A DNA stretch of 64,000 bases from the IMG/VR virus record IMGVR_UViG_3300031841_004047. The stretch is one strand, 5' to 3'. Within the stretch, counting starts at the first letter, position 1, and the number at the start of each line of letters is the position of its first letter. The translations under genes and the position numbers were made by a program. The notes under the pieces were generated by a model. It had not been told where the DNA came from. It saw only the letters and a program-made list of their open reading frames with translations, and did no database searches. Source of the stretch: a virus. Of the stretch, positions 38,463 through 48,651 are shown in pieces.

Positions 38463-39875
38463 ATGGAAATCGACTATAGAAAATTGGCCAGCGCTTATCT
38501 GCAAGTCTTAGACGAATCACAAATCGTGATTCCTGAAGAGATTCCGGCCAATGAAAGAAATGCATTTATGGGTGCTGCTGCAGCAGCTCATAAAGCTGGA
38601 AAATCTCATTTTAATTTTGGTGGTCAAAAGCATAAAGTGACCATGAAAAAAGACACCGCAAAATCTATCAACTCTGAAAAAATTCCCGAAGGAGTAGAGA
38701 AAGTTGAATGTCCAAAATGTGAAGGGAAAGGTTGTGCTCACTGTGACATGAAAGGTTATCATGTGACGGGTACAGCTGATAACAACATTAAAGGCACTGA
38801 TGAAAAGAAAACTACGGAGAAAGTACAAGAAGGCAATATGAACGGAATGTGCTGTAAGAACTGCGGTGATATGTTTGGCCAACCCACAGAAGGTAATTGC
38901 ACATATGATGCATATGATCCAAAAGGTAAGAACTGGATTGAAGCTGAAAAACAGCACGAGTCTGTAGACGAAGATGTAAATTTTGTACCACATAGTAACT
39001 GTCCTTGTGGTAATGATTGTGATTGTGATCCATGCACTTGTTCAGAAGTAAAAGAAGAAAAACAAATAGATGAAATTTCTCGTAGTATGACACCAATGAG
39101 AAATAGATTTGGTGGAAATGTAGATCCTAAAAAGTTTGATACATATAAGAAACACATGAAAACACATAAGTTGGATGAACCAACGGTACGTATGATTCAT
39201 CAAAATCCAGATGATGCTGAATCAAAGCGTATGATGAAGAATCCAAAGTATGCTCAAGCAGTAGGTTTATATAAAGCTTCAATGAAAAAAGAAGAAGTAG
39301 AACTTGATGAAAAGAAACTAACGCCTAAAGAGATTAAGAGAGCTTTAGCAAGTATTAAGCCTCCTAAAAAGAAACCAACTTTACCGAAAGCACCTTTTGA
39401 GATTCCAAAAGAAAACACTCTGCCAGCTCCAGAAGGTGGTAAGAAAAGAGTTCGCAGCGCAGATAAAAGACCTGTGAATATAAACGTAGACGGTAAAACA
39501 GTAACAAGGATGGAGCCAGTGACAAAACGAACAGCAGCAGCTTATGAAAGCGTAAATCGTGAAAATTGGCTAGATGCGTTGCAAAATAAAAAATTGCAAG
39601 AAGCAGAAGACGCCAAAACTAAAATGAGCAAGCCAACAGCAATTCATCATTCAGACGATGCTACAAGGGATACTTTTGATAAGCAACTATCTACTCGTAA
39701 AGGTGAAAAAGATTTCGTGGATGCGCATAAGATAGAAACACCGGAGTATGCAGATGTTCTATCGGTAGTGCCAAAGACCTTTGCTGCTTTTACGGCGGGT
39801 GTAAATAGTCCAAAGATGAGAGATAATGATAACCCACAAGGTGATAAAAAGCCAGTGAAAAACGACGGAAAATAA
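38463..39875 (+). CDS. Highly charged putative internal head protein with Cys-rich metal-binding segments
   Basis: K/E-rich, with many (L/I/V)-x-E sites of the type cut by the T4 prohead protease gp21. Contains CPKCEGKGCAHC, CCKNC and CPCGNDCDCDPCTC. Confidence 0.6.
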   Translation: MEIDYRKLASAYLQVLDESQIVIPEEIPANERNAFMGAAAAAHKAGKSHFNFGGQKHKVTMKKDTAKSINSEKIPEGVEKVECPKCEGKGCAHCDMKGYHVTGTADNNIKGTDEKKTTEKVQEGNMNGMCCKNCGDMFGQPTEGNCTYDAYDPKGKNWIEAEKQHESVDEDVNFVPHSNCPCGNDCDCDPCTCSEVKEEKQIDEISRSMTPMRNRFGGNVDPKKFDTYKKHMKTHKLDEPTVRMIHQNPDDAESKRMMKNPKYAQAVGLYKASMKKEEVELDEKKLTPKEIKRALASIKPPKKKPTLPKAPFEIPKENTLPAPEGGKKRVRSADKRPVNINVDGKTVTRMEPVTKRTAAAYESVNRENWLDALQNKKLQEAEDAKTKMSKPTAIHHSDDATRDTFDKQLSTRKGEKDFVDAHKIETPEYADVLSVVPKTFAAFTAGVNSPKMRDNDNPQGDKKPVKNDGK

Positions 39876-39884
39876 AAACCCTAT

Positions 39885-40250
39885 ATGAGATATGATGATC
39901 TGAATGATAATAACTTTGCTATATTTGCCGCGAAACATTATCATAACCATAAATGTATTATTATTGAAGAATTTCAAGAAGATTTAAACAGATTTAAATA
40001 TATAAAAAGACTGGTGAATCGTTATTTAGAAAGTGGAAAGCTATCTGAAAGGTTGATACTTAACCACCTGATAGTAATTTTTAATTCTTTTGGAATTAAA
40101 GCTTCTGTTCATATGCTTCTTCATAAACTAGATGATAAACACTGGCCAGTTGTTAAGCCGTTTCTGATATTGCTTGGCTACATAAAAAATGATGAGCTGA
40201 CAGACGTAGTAATGGATAAGGAAGTAATAGAAGTTTTAAGGAAGATTTAA
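39885..40250 (+). CDS. Conserved hypothetical protein of T4-like marine phages
   Basis: MRYDDLNDNNF..FAAKHY...EEFQEDLNRFKYIKRL..RY...ERLILNHLI. Confidence 0.8.
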   Translation: MRYDDLNDNNFAIFAAKHYHNHKCIIIEEFQEDLNRFKYIKRLVNRYLESGKLSERLILNHLIVIFNSFGIKASVHMLLHKLDDKHWPVVKPFLILLGYIKNDELTDVVMDKEVIEVLRKI

Positions 40251-40251
40251 T

Positions 40252-40839
40252 ATGGGTGTTATACAAAGAGCAGGTGATCTAGTCTATACCTTTAGGTTCT
40301 TAACTTTATTAGTTACTAAGTTTGAAAAAACAAAAGCTTTTCAGCTTGGTCTTATTGATAAAGATGGAAAAAGAATAAAAGAAGAACCAATCGATACCTC
40401 CGATAAAAAAAGTGCTTATACTCCTTTTCATCGGTTAGTATTCAATATAAAAAGACTTATGGCAAAAGTGCCCGGTGGTAGTTCTTCTCTTGCATCCTAT
40501 GCTGCTGCTTTATACCTAATTAAAGAAAAGCTAGAACTTTCTGACAAATCTCTAAAACAAATTGTAGAAAAGTGTGGTTTAGAAACTCTTGATTTTCTGA
40601 CTGAAAGTAGTGAGTGGTTCGTACTTGAAGACAAGAGTATATCAGCAGGTGTATACAGTCTTAAGTATGATAAAGTTGTCAACAGTACAGTTGAAGAAAT
40701 AGTTAGATCAAAAGATAAAATTAGGTTCAACGAAAACACTTACCCGGTTGGACAAATATTTGGTCTTGATATATATGAAGCTACACACATAAATACTAAT
40801 CAAAAAGTATTCGTTGCTATCGAGGAACTACTAAGATGA
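40252..40839 (+). CDS. Conserved hypothetical protein of T4-like phages
   Basis: DLVYTFRFL.LL...FEKTKAF.LGLID.DG...YTPFHRLVFNIKRL. Confidence 0.78.
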   Translation: MGVIQRAGDLVYTFRFLTLLVTKFEKTKAFQLGLIDKDGKRIKEEPIDTSDKKSAYTPFHRLVFNIKRLMAKVPGGSSSLASYAAALYLIKEKLELSDKSLKQIVEKCGLETLDFLTESSEWFVLEDKSISAGVYSLKYDKVVNSTVEEIVRSKDKIRFNENTYPVGQIFGLDIYEATHINTNQKVFVAIEELLR

Positions 40840-41093
40840 AACCTGAACATAATTTACGAGCCATGTTACGATCTTTAAACAAAGCTTTAAAACCCATAAA
40901 GAAGAAAGAAGTAGATGAAGATGTTCCATCTACAAGTACTGCTAATGTTGCTGGGGCTGGTAATGACAGTAGTACAGTAGTAGTTGATCGTAGAAGACGC
41001 AAAGATAAACCTCCCGTTGTTCTTAAAAGATTTCGTGGATTTATGAAGGATCCCTCGGCACCGAAGCCAGAGGAAAGTTATAAGAAAAAGTAA
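40836..41093 (+). CDS. Small hypothetical protein
   Basis: ATGA overlap with the upstream gene. Contains DEDVPSTSTANVAG. Confidence 0.6.
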   Translation: MKPEHNLRAMLRSLNKALKPIKKKEVDEDVPSTSTANVAGAGNDSSTVVVDRRRRKDKPPVVLKRFRGFMKDPSAPKPEESYKKK

Positions 41094-41094
41094 A

Positions 41095-41616
41095 ATGCTT
41101 AGAATATATCTTTTGTTATTTGTAATTGGTACTGTTGGCGGAGGAGGATTCCTCGCCTATAAACAGTACAAGGATATGGAATCTAAAGTCATAGCCCTTT
41201 CATCTCAAAATCAACAACTGAAAGACGCCACTGCTCAGCAAGAGGAAGCGATGAAGACGCTACAGTCTGACCTACAGGCTGCTAACGACGAAATCAGATC
41301 CGTAAACGAAGCTTTCAATAGAATTAGACAGCAGAACAATATGCTTGCAGGTAAACTAGCGGACATAGACCTTGGAGTCATGGCTGTAAGAGATGCCGAT
41401 GACATCGAGTTCAAAGTTAACAGAGGTACGACGAATGCTGGTAGGTGTTTCGAACTATTAAGTGGAGCCGAATTAAACGAACAAGAAAAAGGAGCGCAGA
41501 ATGCCAAAGACTTTAACCGCGAGTGCCCTTGGCTTTATGATGATTATAAGTCTAGGGGCATGCTCAACGAAACAACCGATTCAGGAGATAGCAATATCAA
41601 CGAAGCCGGTGAATAA
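41095..41616 (+). CDS. Putative inner-membrane spanin (Rz-like)
   Basis: A single N-terminal TM helix and a long coiled coil with two Cys. Overlaps the lipoprotein gene. Confidence 0.68.
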   Translation: MLRIYLLLFVIGTVGGGGFLAYKQYKDMESKVIALSSQNQQLKDATAQQEEAMKTLQSDLQAANDEIRSVNEAFNRIRQQNNMLAGKLADIDLGVMAVRDADDIEFKVNRGTTNAGRCFELLSGAELNEQEKGAQNAKDFNRECPWLYDDYKSRGMLNETTDSGDSNINEAGE

Positions 41617-41896
41617 GCCTGAGCTTGTTCTTCCGAAGGTTGATCAAATAAATATTCGTAACGTAGAGTGGGTGGTACTAAACGAAGACAACATTGATGA
41701 GGAGTTGGAGAAGATAAGAGCCACCGGTCAACCAGTAGGCTTATTTGCTCTAACGGGAAAGGGATACCAGAACCTTGCTCTTAACTTCAGTGACATAAGA
41801 GCGATGGTTCAACAACAGCAACAGATCATAGCTGCTTATGAGAAGTACTACGTGGAAGCAGAAAAGACTATGGACTCGGCGGTGAAGGTGCAATGA
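41501..41896 (+). CDS. Putative outer-membrane lipoprotein spanin (Rz1-like)
   Basis: AAGGAG SD upstream of ATG 41501. The signal peptide ends in the lipobox LGA-C and is followed by Pro-rich KPVNKPELVLP. Confidence 0.72.
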   Translation: MPKTLTASALGFMMIISLGACSTKQPIQEIAISTKPVNKPELVLPKVDQINIRNVEWVVLNEDNIDEELEKIRATGQPVGLFALTGKGYQNLALNFSDIRAMVQQQQQIIAAYEKYYVEAEKTMDSAVKVQ

Positions 41897-42036
41897 TAAG
41901 TTTACAGATCATAATTTACAACATTTTATTTTTTAGCGCTATATTTGCATTTGGAAAATTTATAGAAACACTAATGTGGAAAGCAATGGAAGAAGGAAGA
42001 AAAAATGTGGGATATGATACAAAACATGGCCAGTGA
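41893..42036 (+). CDS. Possible 47-aa membrane peptide missing from the ORF track
   Basis: ATGA overlap with the spanin stop. Reads MISLQIIIYNILFFSAIFAFGKF... Confidence 0.35.
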   Translation: MISLQIIIYNILFFSAIFAFGKFIETLMWKAMEEGRKNVGYDTKHGQ

Positions 42037-42280
42037 CCGCACATGGATCTACACCAGCATAGCGGGTAGCATCGCAGGAGCGATGGTTCTGGCGTATTTA
42101 AGTACGACTAGACTTGGGCTGTGGGGTTACTCAAAGTTTGATCTAGCGGTAGACTACCTAGTTGAACGCTGGGGACTCACTTGGCTCGAACAGCCAGAAG
42201 ATGCCTGGAGAAAAAAATACCCAAAGATAACGGCAAAGATTGATTCTATCGAATCTAGGCTTGATAAACTCGAAAAATAG
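42005..42280 (+). CDS. Small membrane protein
   Basis: Hydrophobic IYTSIAGSIAGAMVLAYL and a coiled-coil tail. Confidence 0.65.
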   Translation: MWDMIQNMASDRTWIYTSIAGSIAGAMVLAYLSTTRLGLWGYSKFDLAVDYLVERWGLTWLEQPEDAWRKKYPKITAKIDSIESRLDKLEK

Positions 42281-42288
42281 TATAAATA
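42281..42288 (+). promoter_or_regulatory. T4-type late promoter
   Basis: TATAAATA immediately after the stop of 42005..42280. Confidence 0.8.
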
Positions 42289-42313
42289 GTAGAAAATAAC
42301 AAGTGAGTGTATC

Positions 42314-45300
42314 ATGGCTTCAAACGCTAGAAATCTTTCAAAGCTTCTAGGAACTTCAACACAGGTTCCTACCACCGCATTACCTCAAGCAATTGCTGAT
42401 CTTGAAACGATCGGTACTTCCTTAACTGGCGGTGATATTGCACCAAAGAATATTTCATCAAACACTCTCACTCAATCTTTTGATTCTAATCAGACCGTAA
42501 ACTTCATAATGTCTGATAGTATTGATACTATAAGCCCTATCATATCTGTATTTAAAGAAGTTCCGCAACCCGGTGTAAGTAGTAAGGGTAACTGGGACGT
42601 CAACGCAAACGCAACTAACTATGACTTTTATGATGAAAAACCTATTTCTTATTCATCGGTTAGTTTAACTCCAAGTGCAACTGGTGATGGTACTTTTACG
42701 AGTAGTAATCCAGTTATTTCAGGGTATGTTATTGCAAACGCTTCATTAGACACAGATAGTTTTGATCCAAGTTCTCAGGAAACTAGCCCACAAGGTCTTG
42801 ACATAAGCCCAGATGGTACAAAGCTAATAGTTGTAGGTGACGCAGATGATGCCTTAGACTATTATACGTTGAGCACGCCTTTTGATCTTAGTTCAGCTAC
42901 ATACGATGGCACAACTTCGGCTATTAATTCAAATCCATATGGTTGTAGATTTAGTTCAACAGGCCATAAAATATTTGTATCTCGAAATCAAGCTGATGAT
43001 GTGTATGAAATACCTCTTAGTACTAATTATGATGCTTCTACAGCAGGTGCATTTCAAAGTAGTGGAAATCTGACCACACTTAGTGGTAACGCTCAAGCTG
43101 ACTTTAATGGTATTCATTTTAGTTCAGATGGGACAAAAATGTTTAGTTGTGATGAAGCTAACAACAAAGTTCATGAATATACTCTTTCAACAGCATGGGA
43201 TATTACAACTTTATCATATGTTCATGCATTTGATATTTCTTCACAAGATACAATTGTTAATGATTTAGCATTTACTGACGATGGTACACGTATGTTTATA
43301 TTGGGTTCGCAAACCGGATATATTTATGAGTACGGCTTAACTCAAGCTTGGGACGTAAGCTCAGCATCTTACTCAAATATTAGCCTTGCACAAACAAATG
43401 GTAGGGGAATGACATTTAGCAATTCTGGGCAAAAGATGTATCTTTGTAAAATTGGTGCCGCCGAGCTCATCCGCTACAGTACAAGCTCTTCGACTGCTTT
43501 CAATTCATCAGACGTAGGTAAGAAAGTTGTAGGAAACTCTGGTACTGCTGTAATTACTTCTACTGCGGGTGCATATACTTCAGTCACGCCTTTTGCGGAT
43601 ACATCAGCCATTTCTTCTTGGCAGTTATTTGGTGCTGAAGGTAAGTCTGATGGGACTGGTATTCAATTGAGCGGGTATTCAAACAAGTATGATTTAGTAA
43701 ACGCAACTTATACTACTATATCTCCATATTTGAATCAGGCGGAAGGTTATAATTATATGTCCTTCAAACCAGATGGGACTAAAGTTTGGGTAGGAGGTCA
43801 GCAATCGGATACTATCTATGAATATAATTTAGGGACTGGTTTTGATTTAAGCACTATAACTTATTCAACAAGTTTTGCATTTGCTACGTCATCTCAGTCA
43901 CAAGGCTTTGCTATAAAGTCAGATGGAACAAGGGCATATATTCAGGATTTCAACAGCGCAATTAGACAACTAGATTTATCAACTGCATGGAATATTTCAA
44001 CCGCAACATTTAACAGTGTGAGTTTAGGTACTACCGTATATAATAAAGGCCTTTATATCAAACCTGATGGAACCAAACTTTATACTATAGGTACAGGAAG
44101 TAATATTAGAGAATATACTCTATCCACTCCTTGGGATTTATCAAATTATAGTCTTGATAATACAGTAACCCTTGCAAGTCCTGTAACTTCAAATGATATA
44201 TATTTTAGTGCTGACGGGACTAAATTTTTTGTACCTCAATCTACTGGAGGCAGATTCGTTAATGCTTATAGTTTAAGCACTGCTTGGGATACAAGTAGTA
44301 CTATTACATTTATAACGAGTTTTAGCCTCCCAGAAATAGGTTCATATACTCCTCAAGCAGTTAGTTTTAATACTGATGGTTCGGCAATGTATGTAATAAA
44401 CGGAGAAAATGCGTCAACTTCTCCAGCCAGAAGGATATTGGAATATGCTACAGGTTCCACTTTACACCCATACTCTCAATACTCTCCAGCTCTTACAAAT
44501 TCTTCTAGCGGTCAAATAAATTCATCTAGTTGGACAGATATTAATTCTATGACATCCGATGAAACTAAAAATAGTGGTGATATATTCTATGCAGTTTCAA
44601 CAGACAATAGAGCAAGCTGGGGTGTAGCAAAAGCTTCAGATGGCGTAAGAAAGATTGCAAGAAATAACTCTGGAACTTGGCAGTATAATAATAATGCTGG
44701 AACACCCGTACTAACTGGATACGATTTTACTAATTTTGCTTACGACAACGTAACAGCATCAACTGGTATATCCGGCAACAACGAAGAAATAAGATTCAAT
44801 AACGATGGGACAAAACTATATATTCTTTCTGACAACGGGCCAAACGGTGATGGAGTGTATCAGTTTAGTTTATCTACAGCTTATGATATAAGTACCTTAT
44901 CATATGATAGCGTATACTATAATTCTACTCAAGGTGCCAGCGTAAGAGATATACAATTTAATGCTGATGGTACAAAGATGTTTATTCTCCATAGTAACAC
45001 TAAAACAATTTATAGGTATAGCCTTTCCACAGCATTTAATGTAGGTACTGCATCATATGATAATGTGAGTCTTTTGGTTAATTATGCGGCCGCCAATGCT
45101 CCAATGGGATTTTTCTTTAACGGTGATGCTACAAAACTTTATTTGATTTGGGCCGGTGGTAGTAATAGTGGTGATAGCACTATATATGAAAGACAACTGC
45201 CCGGAGCTTATGATATAAGTTCAGCAACAGCGGTTTCCACATTTCTTTATAATGAACCAGATCTTCCAGCAGGCACCACACAAGCATATGCATCTTCAGG

Positions 45301-45919
45301 ACTCTTTAATAATGATGGAACGAAGATGTATCTTAATATTCAAAGAATGCCGGTTTTGTCAAATACAGCCATTATAGAATATGATTTATCAACAGCGTAT
45401 GATCTGACGACAATATCACGTACCAGTATTCAATACTTAACTACCGGAACTGGAAATCCTGGCGCTGGACCTAGAGGAATGGCTTGGAACGGTGATGGAA
45501 CAAAATTAATTACACTGAATGAGGCGGGTAATTTATTTAGATTTAGCACAGGTGCAAATACTCTTAGTTATAGCACATCAGAAACTTGGGTTGATGGCAC
45601 AAACAACAACGAACATGCCACGCTGCAACAAGCACTAGGAGCACAATCGTTTAACAGAATGAACAAAGCACAGCTAGATGCAGTGGCTGATGGTTATCAC
45701 TTTAGTCAGGATAGCGCTGATACTCTGGATCTTATGATTGCTCCTTATGCAGCTTCTGGAGCAAGTCCTATTTCAGATGGTGTTACAATTAACTATGATG
45801 CAGAAGTTTTAGTTAGAGAAGCGGTGGCTGGTACAGACTATATCGCAGAATTTCCATCTCCAAACAGACTGGACATCAAGTCGCTCATAAACGGTAACCT
45901 CAAGATAAGGGCTCAGTAA
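42314..45919 (+). CDS. Virion protein with three beta-propeller blocks
   Basis: Repeated blades F(S/N)xDGTK(M/L)(F/Y)...YxLST(A/P)WDI in three blocks, plus the family-type N-terminus MASNARNLSKLLG. Confidence 0.82.
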   Translation: MASNARNLSKLLGTSTQVPTTALPQAIADLETIGTSLTGGDIAPKNISSNTLTQSFDSNQTVNFIMSDSIDTISPIISVFKEVPQPGVSSKGNWDVNANATNYDFYDEKPISYSSVSLTPSATGDGTFTSSNPVISGYVIANASLDTDSFDPSSQETSPQGLDISPDGTKLIVVGDADDALDYYTLSTPFDLSSATYDGTTSAINSNPYGCRFSSTGHKIFVSRNQADDVYEIPLSTNYDASTAGAFQSSGNLTTLSGNAQADFNGIHFSSDGTKMFSCDEANNKVHEYTLSTAWDITTLSYVHAFDISSQDTIVNDLAFTDDGTRMFILGSQTGYIYEYGLTQAWDVSSASYSNISLAQTNGRGMTFSNSGQKMYLCKIGAAELIRYSTSSSTAFNSSDVGKKVVGNSGTAVITSTAGAYTSVTPFADTSAISSWQLFGAEGKSDGTGIQLSGYSNKYDLVNATYTTISPYLNQAEGYNYMSFKPDGTKVWVGGQQSDTIYEYNLGTGFDLSTITYSTSFAFATSSQSQGFAIKSDGTRAYIQDFNSAIRQLDLSTAWNISTATFNSVSLGTTVYNKGLYIKPDGTKLYTIGTGSNIREYTLSTPWDLSNYSLDNTVTLASPVTSNDIYFSADGTKFFVPQSTGGRFVNAYSLSTAWDTSSTITFITSFSLPEIGSYTPQAVSFNTDGSAMYVINGENASTSPARRILEYATGSTLHPYSQYSPALTNSSSGQINSSSWTDINSMTSDETKNSGDIFYAVSTDNRASWGVAKASDGVRKIARNNSGTWQYNNNAGTPVLTGYDFTNFAYDNVTASTGISGNNEEIRFNNDGTKLYILSDNGPNGDGVYQFSLSTAYDISTLSYDSVYYNSTQGASVRDIQFNADGTKMFILHSNTKTIYRYSLSTAFNVGTASYDNVSLLVNYAAANAPMGFFFNGDATKLYLIWAGGSNSGDSTIYERQLPGAYDISSATAVSTFLYNEPDLPAGTTQAYASSGLFNNDGTKMYLNIQRMPVLSNTAIIEYDLSTAYDLTTISRTSIQYLTTGTGNPGAGPRGMAWNGDGTKLITLNEAGNLFRFSTGANTLSYSTSETWVDGTNNNEHATLQQALGAQSFNRMNKAQLDAVADGYHFSQDSADTLDLMIAPYAASGASPISDGVTINYDAEVLVREAVAGTDYIAEFPSPNRLDIKSLINGNLKIRAQ

Positions 45920-48405
45920 TGGTTAGTAAAGCTTTATCACTCGCAAAACTATTAGGTGACAACAATAAGTTGTCCACGGATACTTTTGGGGACGATGTTT
46001 CTACGATTGAACAAGCTTCAAGCACTGACGTATTAACTAACTTAGGCAATGCTGTTGGAGATCAAAGACTAGTAGGAAGTAATCTTTATATCTGGAACGG
46101 AACGGGCTGGTACAGGATTGCTTTGATTAATCAAACTCCTACATGGGATTCCGGTGGTCAGCCTTCTGGTTCTTATGTGCTGGATGCAGATAGTCCACAA
46201 GATGCTACCGTTATTACGTTAGCAGCAAGTGATCCAGACGGTTTACCAATATCATATAGTTATGTCACATCTGGTTCAATGGACTCGATGGCAACAATAT
46301 CTCAAGACTCGAGTATCTTTACAATTACTCCTAAAACAGTTGCGCAAGTAGGAGAAGGCGTTGAATTAACTGGTAGTATTACTTTCAGAGCATCTGACGG
46401 TGTCAATATTCTTCCTTCAGTTTCATCATTTACATTGAGTTTTATTACCAGTCTAGAAAACAGTAGGTACACAACTTTATTGGCAACAGCAGTTGATACT
46501 AGCGATAATAATAACATAACCGATAGTTCAACTAGCAACCATACGATCACAGTAACTGGTGATGCTCATGCCGGCACGTTTAGTCCGTATCGGCACGGTG
46601 GATATAGCACTTACTTCGATGGAAATGGGGATTATATTGGTGTAGGTTCAGCTATAGTTCCTACAGCATATGATACTGATTACACCATTGAAATGTGGAT
46701 ATACCCAACCACTACAGGTTCGAGGGAAGATATATTTAATCAATATGCGGCAACTGCCAGTGGCAGAATGGCTATAAATATTAATACCGATGCTACTATT
46801 TCTTTTTTCCAAAACGGGCTATCCCCAGCGGAAACAAAATCCTCTGCTATATCTGCTAATAACTGGTATCATCTAGCAGTAGTTAATTCCAGTGGAACCA
46901 GATCTTTTTATGTTAATGGAAGTTTAATTGGGACCGCTACTGGAACCGCAAGTATGTATAACGGAAATACTGAAATTGGTCGCTTGGGTGATGTAGGTTC
47001 AAATTATTTTACAGGTTATATTACTGATGTAAGAGTAGTAAACGGAACCGCGGTATACACTGGCAGTTTTACCCCACCAACAGATCGTCTTACCGCTGTA
47101 GCAAACACTTCTCTACTTACTTGCCACCTTCCATACATAGCAGATGGTTCTTCTAGCGCTCACTCAATCACAGTGAACGGCGACACTTCAACAAAACCAT
47201 TCACTCCTTACGACAACTTAGAATACGCAGCAGCAGATCACGGTGGGTCGGTGGTCTTTGATGGGTCTGGGGATTATCTAACATATTCTGCTGGTAATGA
47301 AATAGGATTTAGCACAGGTGATTTTACTGTTGAGTTTTGGGCGTACAATAAGTTTTCAACTGGAAGTCTGCAAAAAATTATTGAAACAAGAACGGCATCA
47401 AATTGGATTATCCAGATTGCTTCAACTAACCATTTTCAATGGTACAATGGCTCAACTACTGTATTTAATTATGACATTTCTTATACGAAAAATACATGGG
47501 CACATTTTGTAGTAACAAGAGATGGGACAACTCTTCGATTGTTTGTAAATGGTAGACTTGTAAGCACTACTACAGATAGTGTTTCTTATTCGGTGTCGTC
47601 AGGAACTGTATATATTTCTAGAAGATATAACGATAACTTAGATTATTTTTCTGGGTATTTAACTGATTTGCGAATAGTTAAAGGCAGTGTTGTTACGGAG
47701 TATCAAACTTCTTCTACAACTACAGATACCCAAATATTTACCCCACCAACTGCCCCTCTTACAGCAATTACAGACACTTCACTACTTATCTCAGGTACAG
47801 ATGCTTCTATTATTGATAAGTCACAAACCAGCAATTTAAAACTTGTTGGAAACACCACTGGTTCAACCGCTCAGGCTAAGTTTGCGAATACTAAGTCAAT
47901 GTATTTTGATGGGAACGGGGATAGCGTGTTTGTGCCTTACGAGAGTATCCCCAGCTTTGGAATAATAGAATTTACTATTGAGGGCTGGATCTATATGAAC
48001 AACCTTACAGGAAACCAACTGATCGTAGACAAATGGGTTTCTGGCAACTCTCAAGGTTTTCAATTTTATCATAGGTCTACAGGGTCATCATTGACGTTTT
48101 ACGTTGGAAACGTAATCGTTGTTCAAGACCCAAGCAGTTCCAGTATTTCGGCGCAGACATGGCACCACGTTGCTGTAACTAGAGATTCAGGTGCTAACGT
48201 AAGATTATATGTGGATGGCCTTAAAAAAGCTCAGTCCTTTTCCCCTGTAAGTTTAGATAACACGCTTCCTTTACGTTTGGGCGCATCGGCAACATCAACC
48301 AATTACTTCAATGGTTATATGCAAGATGTCAGGCTGAGTAACAAGGCTCTTTACACTGCTGATGACGAAAGTAGTAACATCCCATCCGAACCACTGAAAG
48401 GATAG
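45919..48405 (+). CDS. Triple-LamG virion protein, paralog 3
   Basis: Same anchor and linkers as 31770. Confidence 0.85.
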   Translation: MVSKALSLAKLLGDNNKLSTDTFGDDVSTIEQASSTDVLTNLGNAVGDQRLVGSNLYIWNGTGWYRIALINQTPTWDSGGQPSGSYVLDADSPQDATVITLAASDPDGLPISYSYVTSGSMDSMATISQDSSIFTITPKTVAQVGEGVELTGSITFRASDGVNILPSVSSFTLSFITSLENSRYTTLLATAVDTSDNNNITDSSTSNHTITVTGDAHAGTFSPYRHGGYSTYFDGNGDYIGVGSAIVPTAYDTDYTIEMWIYPTTTGSREDIFNQYAATASGRMAININTDATISFFQNGLSPAETKSSAISANNWYHLAVVNSSGTRSFYVNGSLIGTATGTASMYNGNTEIGRLGDVGSNYFTGYITDVRVVNGTAVYTGSFTPPTDRLTAVANTSLLTCHLPYIADGSSSAHSITVNGDTSTKPFTPYDNLEYAAADHGGSVVFDGSGDYLTYSAGNEIGFSTGDFTVEFWAYNKFSTGSLQKIIETRTASNWIIQIASTNHFQWYNGSTTVFNYDISYTKNTWAHFVVTRDGTTLRLFVNGRLVSTTTDSVSYSVSSGTVYISRRYNDNLDYFSGYLTDLRIVKGSVVTEYQTSSTTTDTQIFTPPTAPLTAITDTSLLISGTDASIIDKSQTSNLKLVGNTTGSTAQAKFANTKSMYFDGNGDSVFVPYESIPSFGIIEFTIEGWIYMNNLTGNQLIVDKWVSGNSQGFQFYHRSTGSSLTFYVGNVIVVQDPSSSSISAQTWHHVAVTRDSGANVRLYVDGLKKAQSFSPVSLDNTLPLRLGASATSTNYFNGYMQDVRLSNKALYTADDESSNIPSEPLKG

Positions 48406-48409
48406 TACA

Positions 48410-48649
48410 ATGAAAACCTTTAAATCATTTTCAGAAGGATCTGGAAAAAAACCGGAATCGTGGGAAGCTGGTTATAAAAGACGTGTGGTTAAAACAACAA
48501 AACCTGAGCACAAAGAAAAGGGTTATGACTGGAGAATCAAGGGTAAAGATCGTCCTGAGATCTCTATTAAACTATACAAGAATAAACCTTCTCAATCAGA
48601 GTTTAATAAACAAATGAGAAGAGTAGCGGGACATGAATTTGGAGGCTAA
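48410..48649 (+). CDS. Small basic putative internal head protein
   Basis: N-terminus MKTFKSFSE resembles the T4 internal-protein capsid targeting sequence. Confidence 0.62.
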   Translation: MKTFKSFSEGSGKKPESWEAGYKRRVVKTTKPEHKEKGYDWRIKGKDRPEISIKLYKNKPSQSEFNKQMRRVAGHEFGG

Positions 48650-48651
48650 GA

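Noticed and set aside
38517-39157. Minus-strand ORFs 38517..38993, 38759..39157 and 38812..39096
   Set aside because: They are antisense to the 470-aa gene and have no motifs or expression signals.
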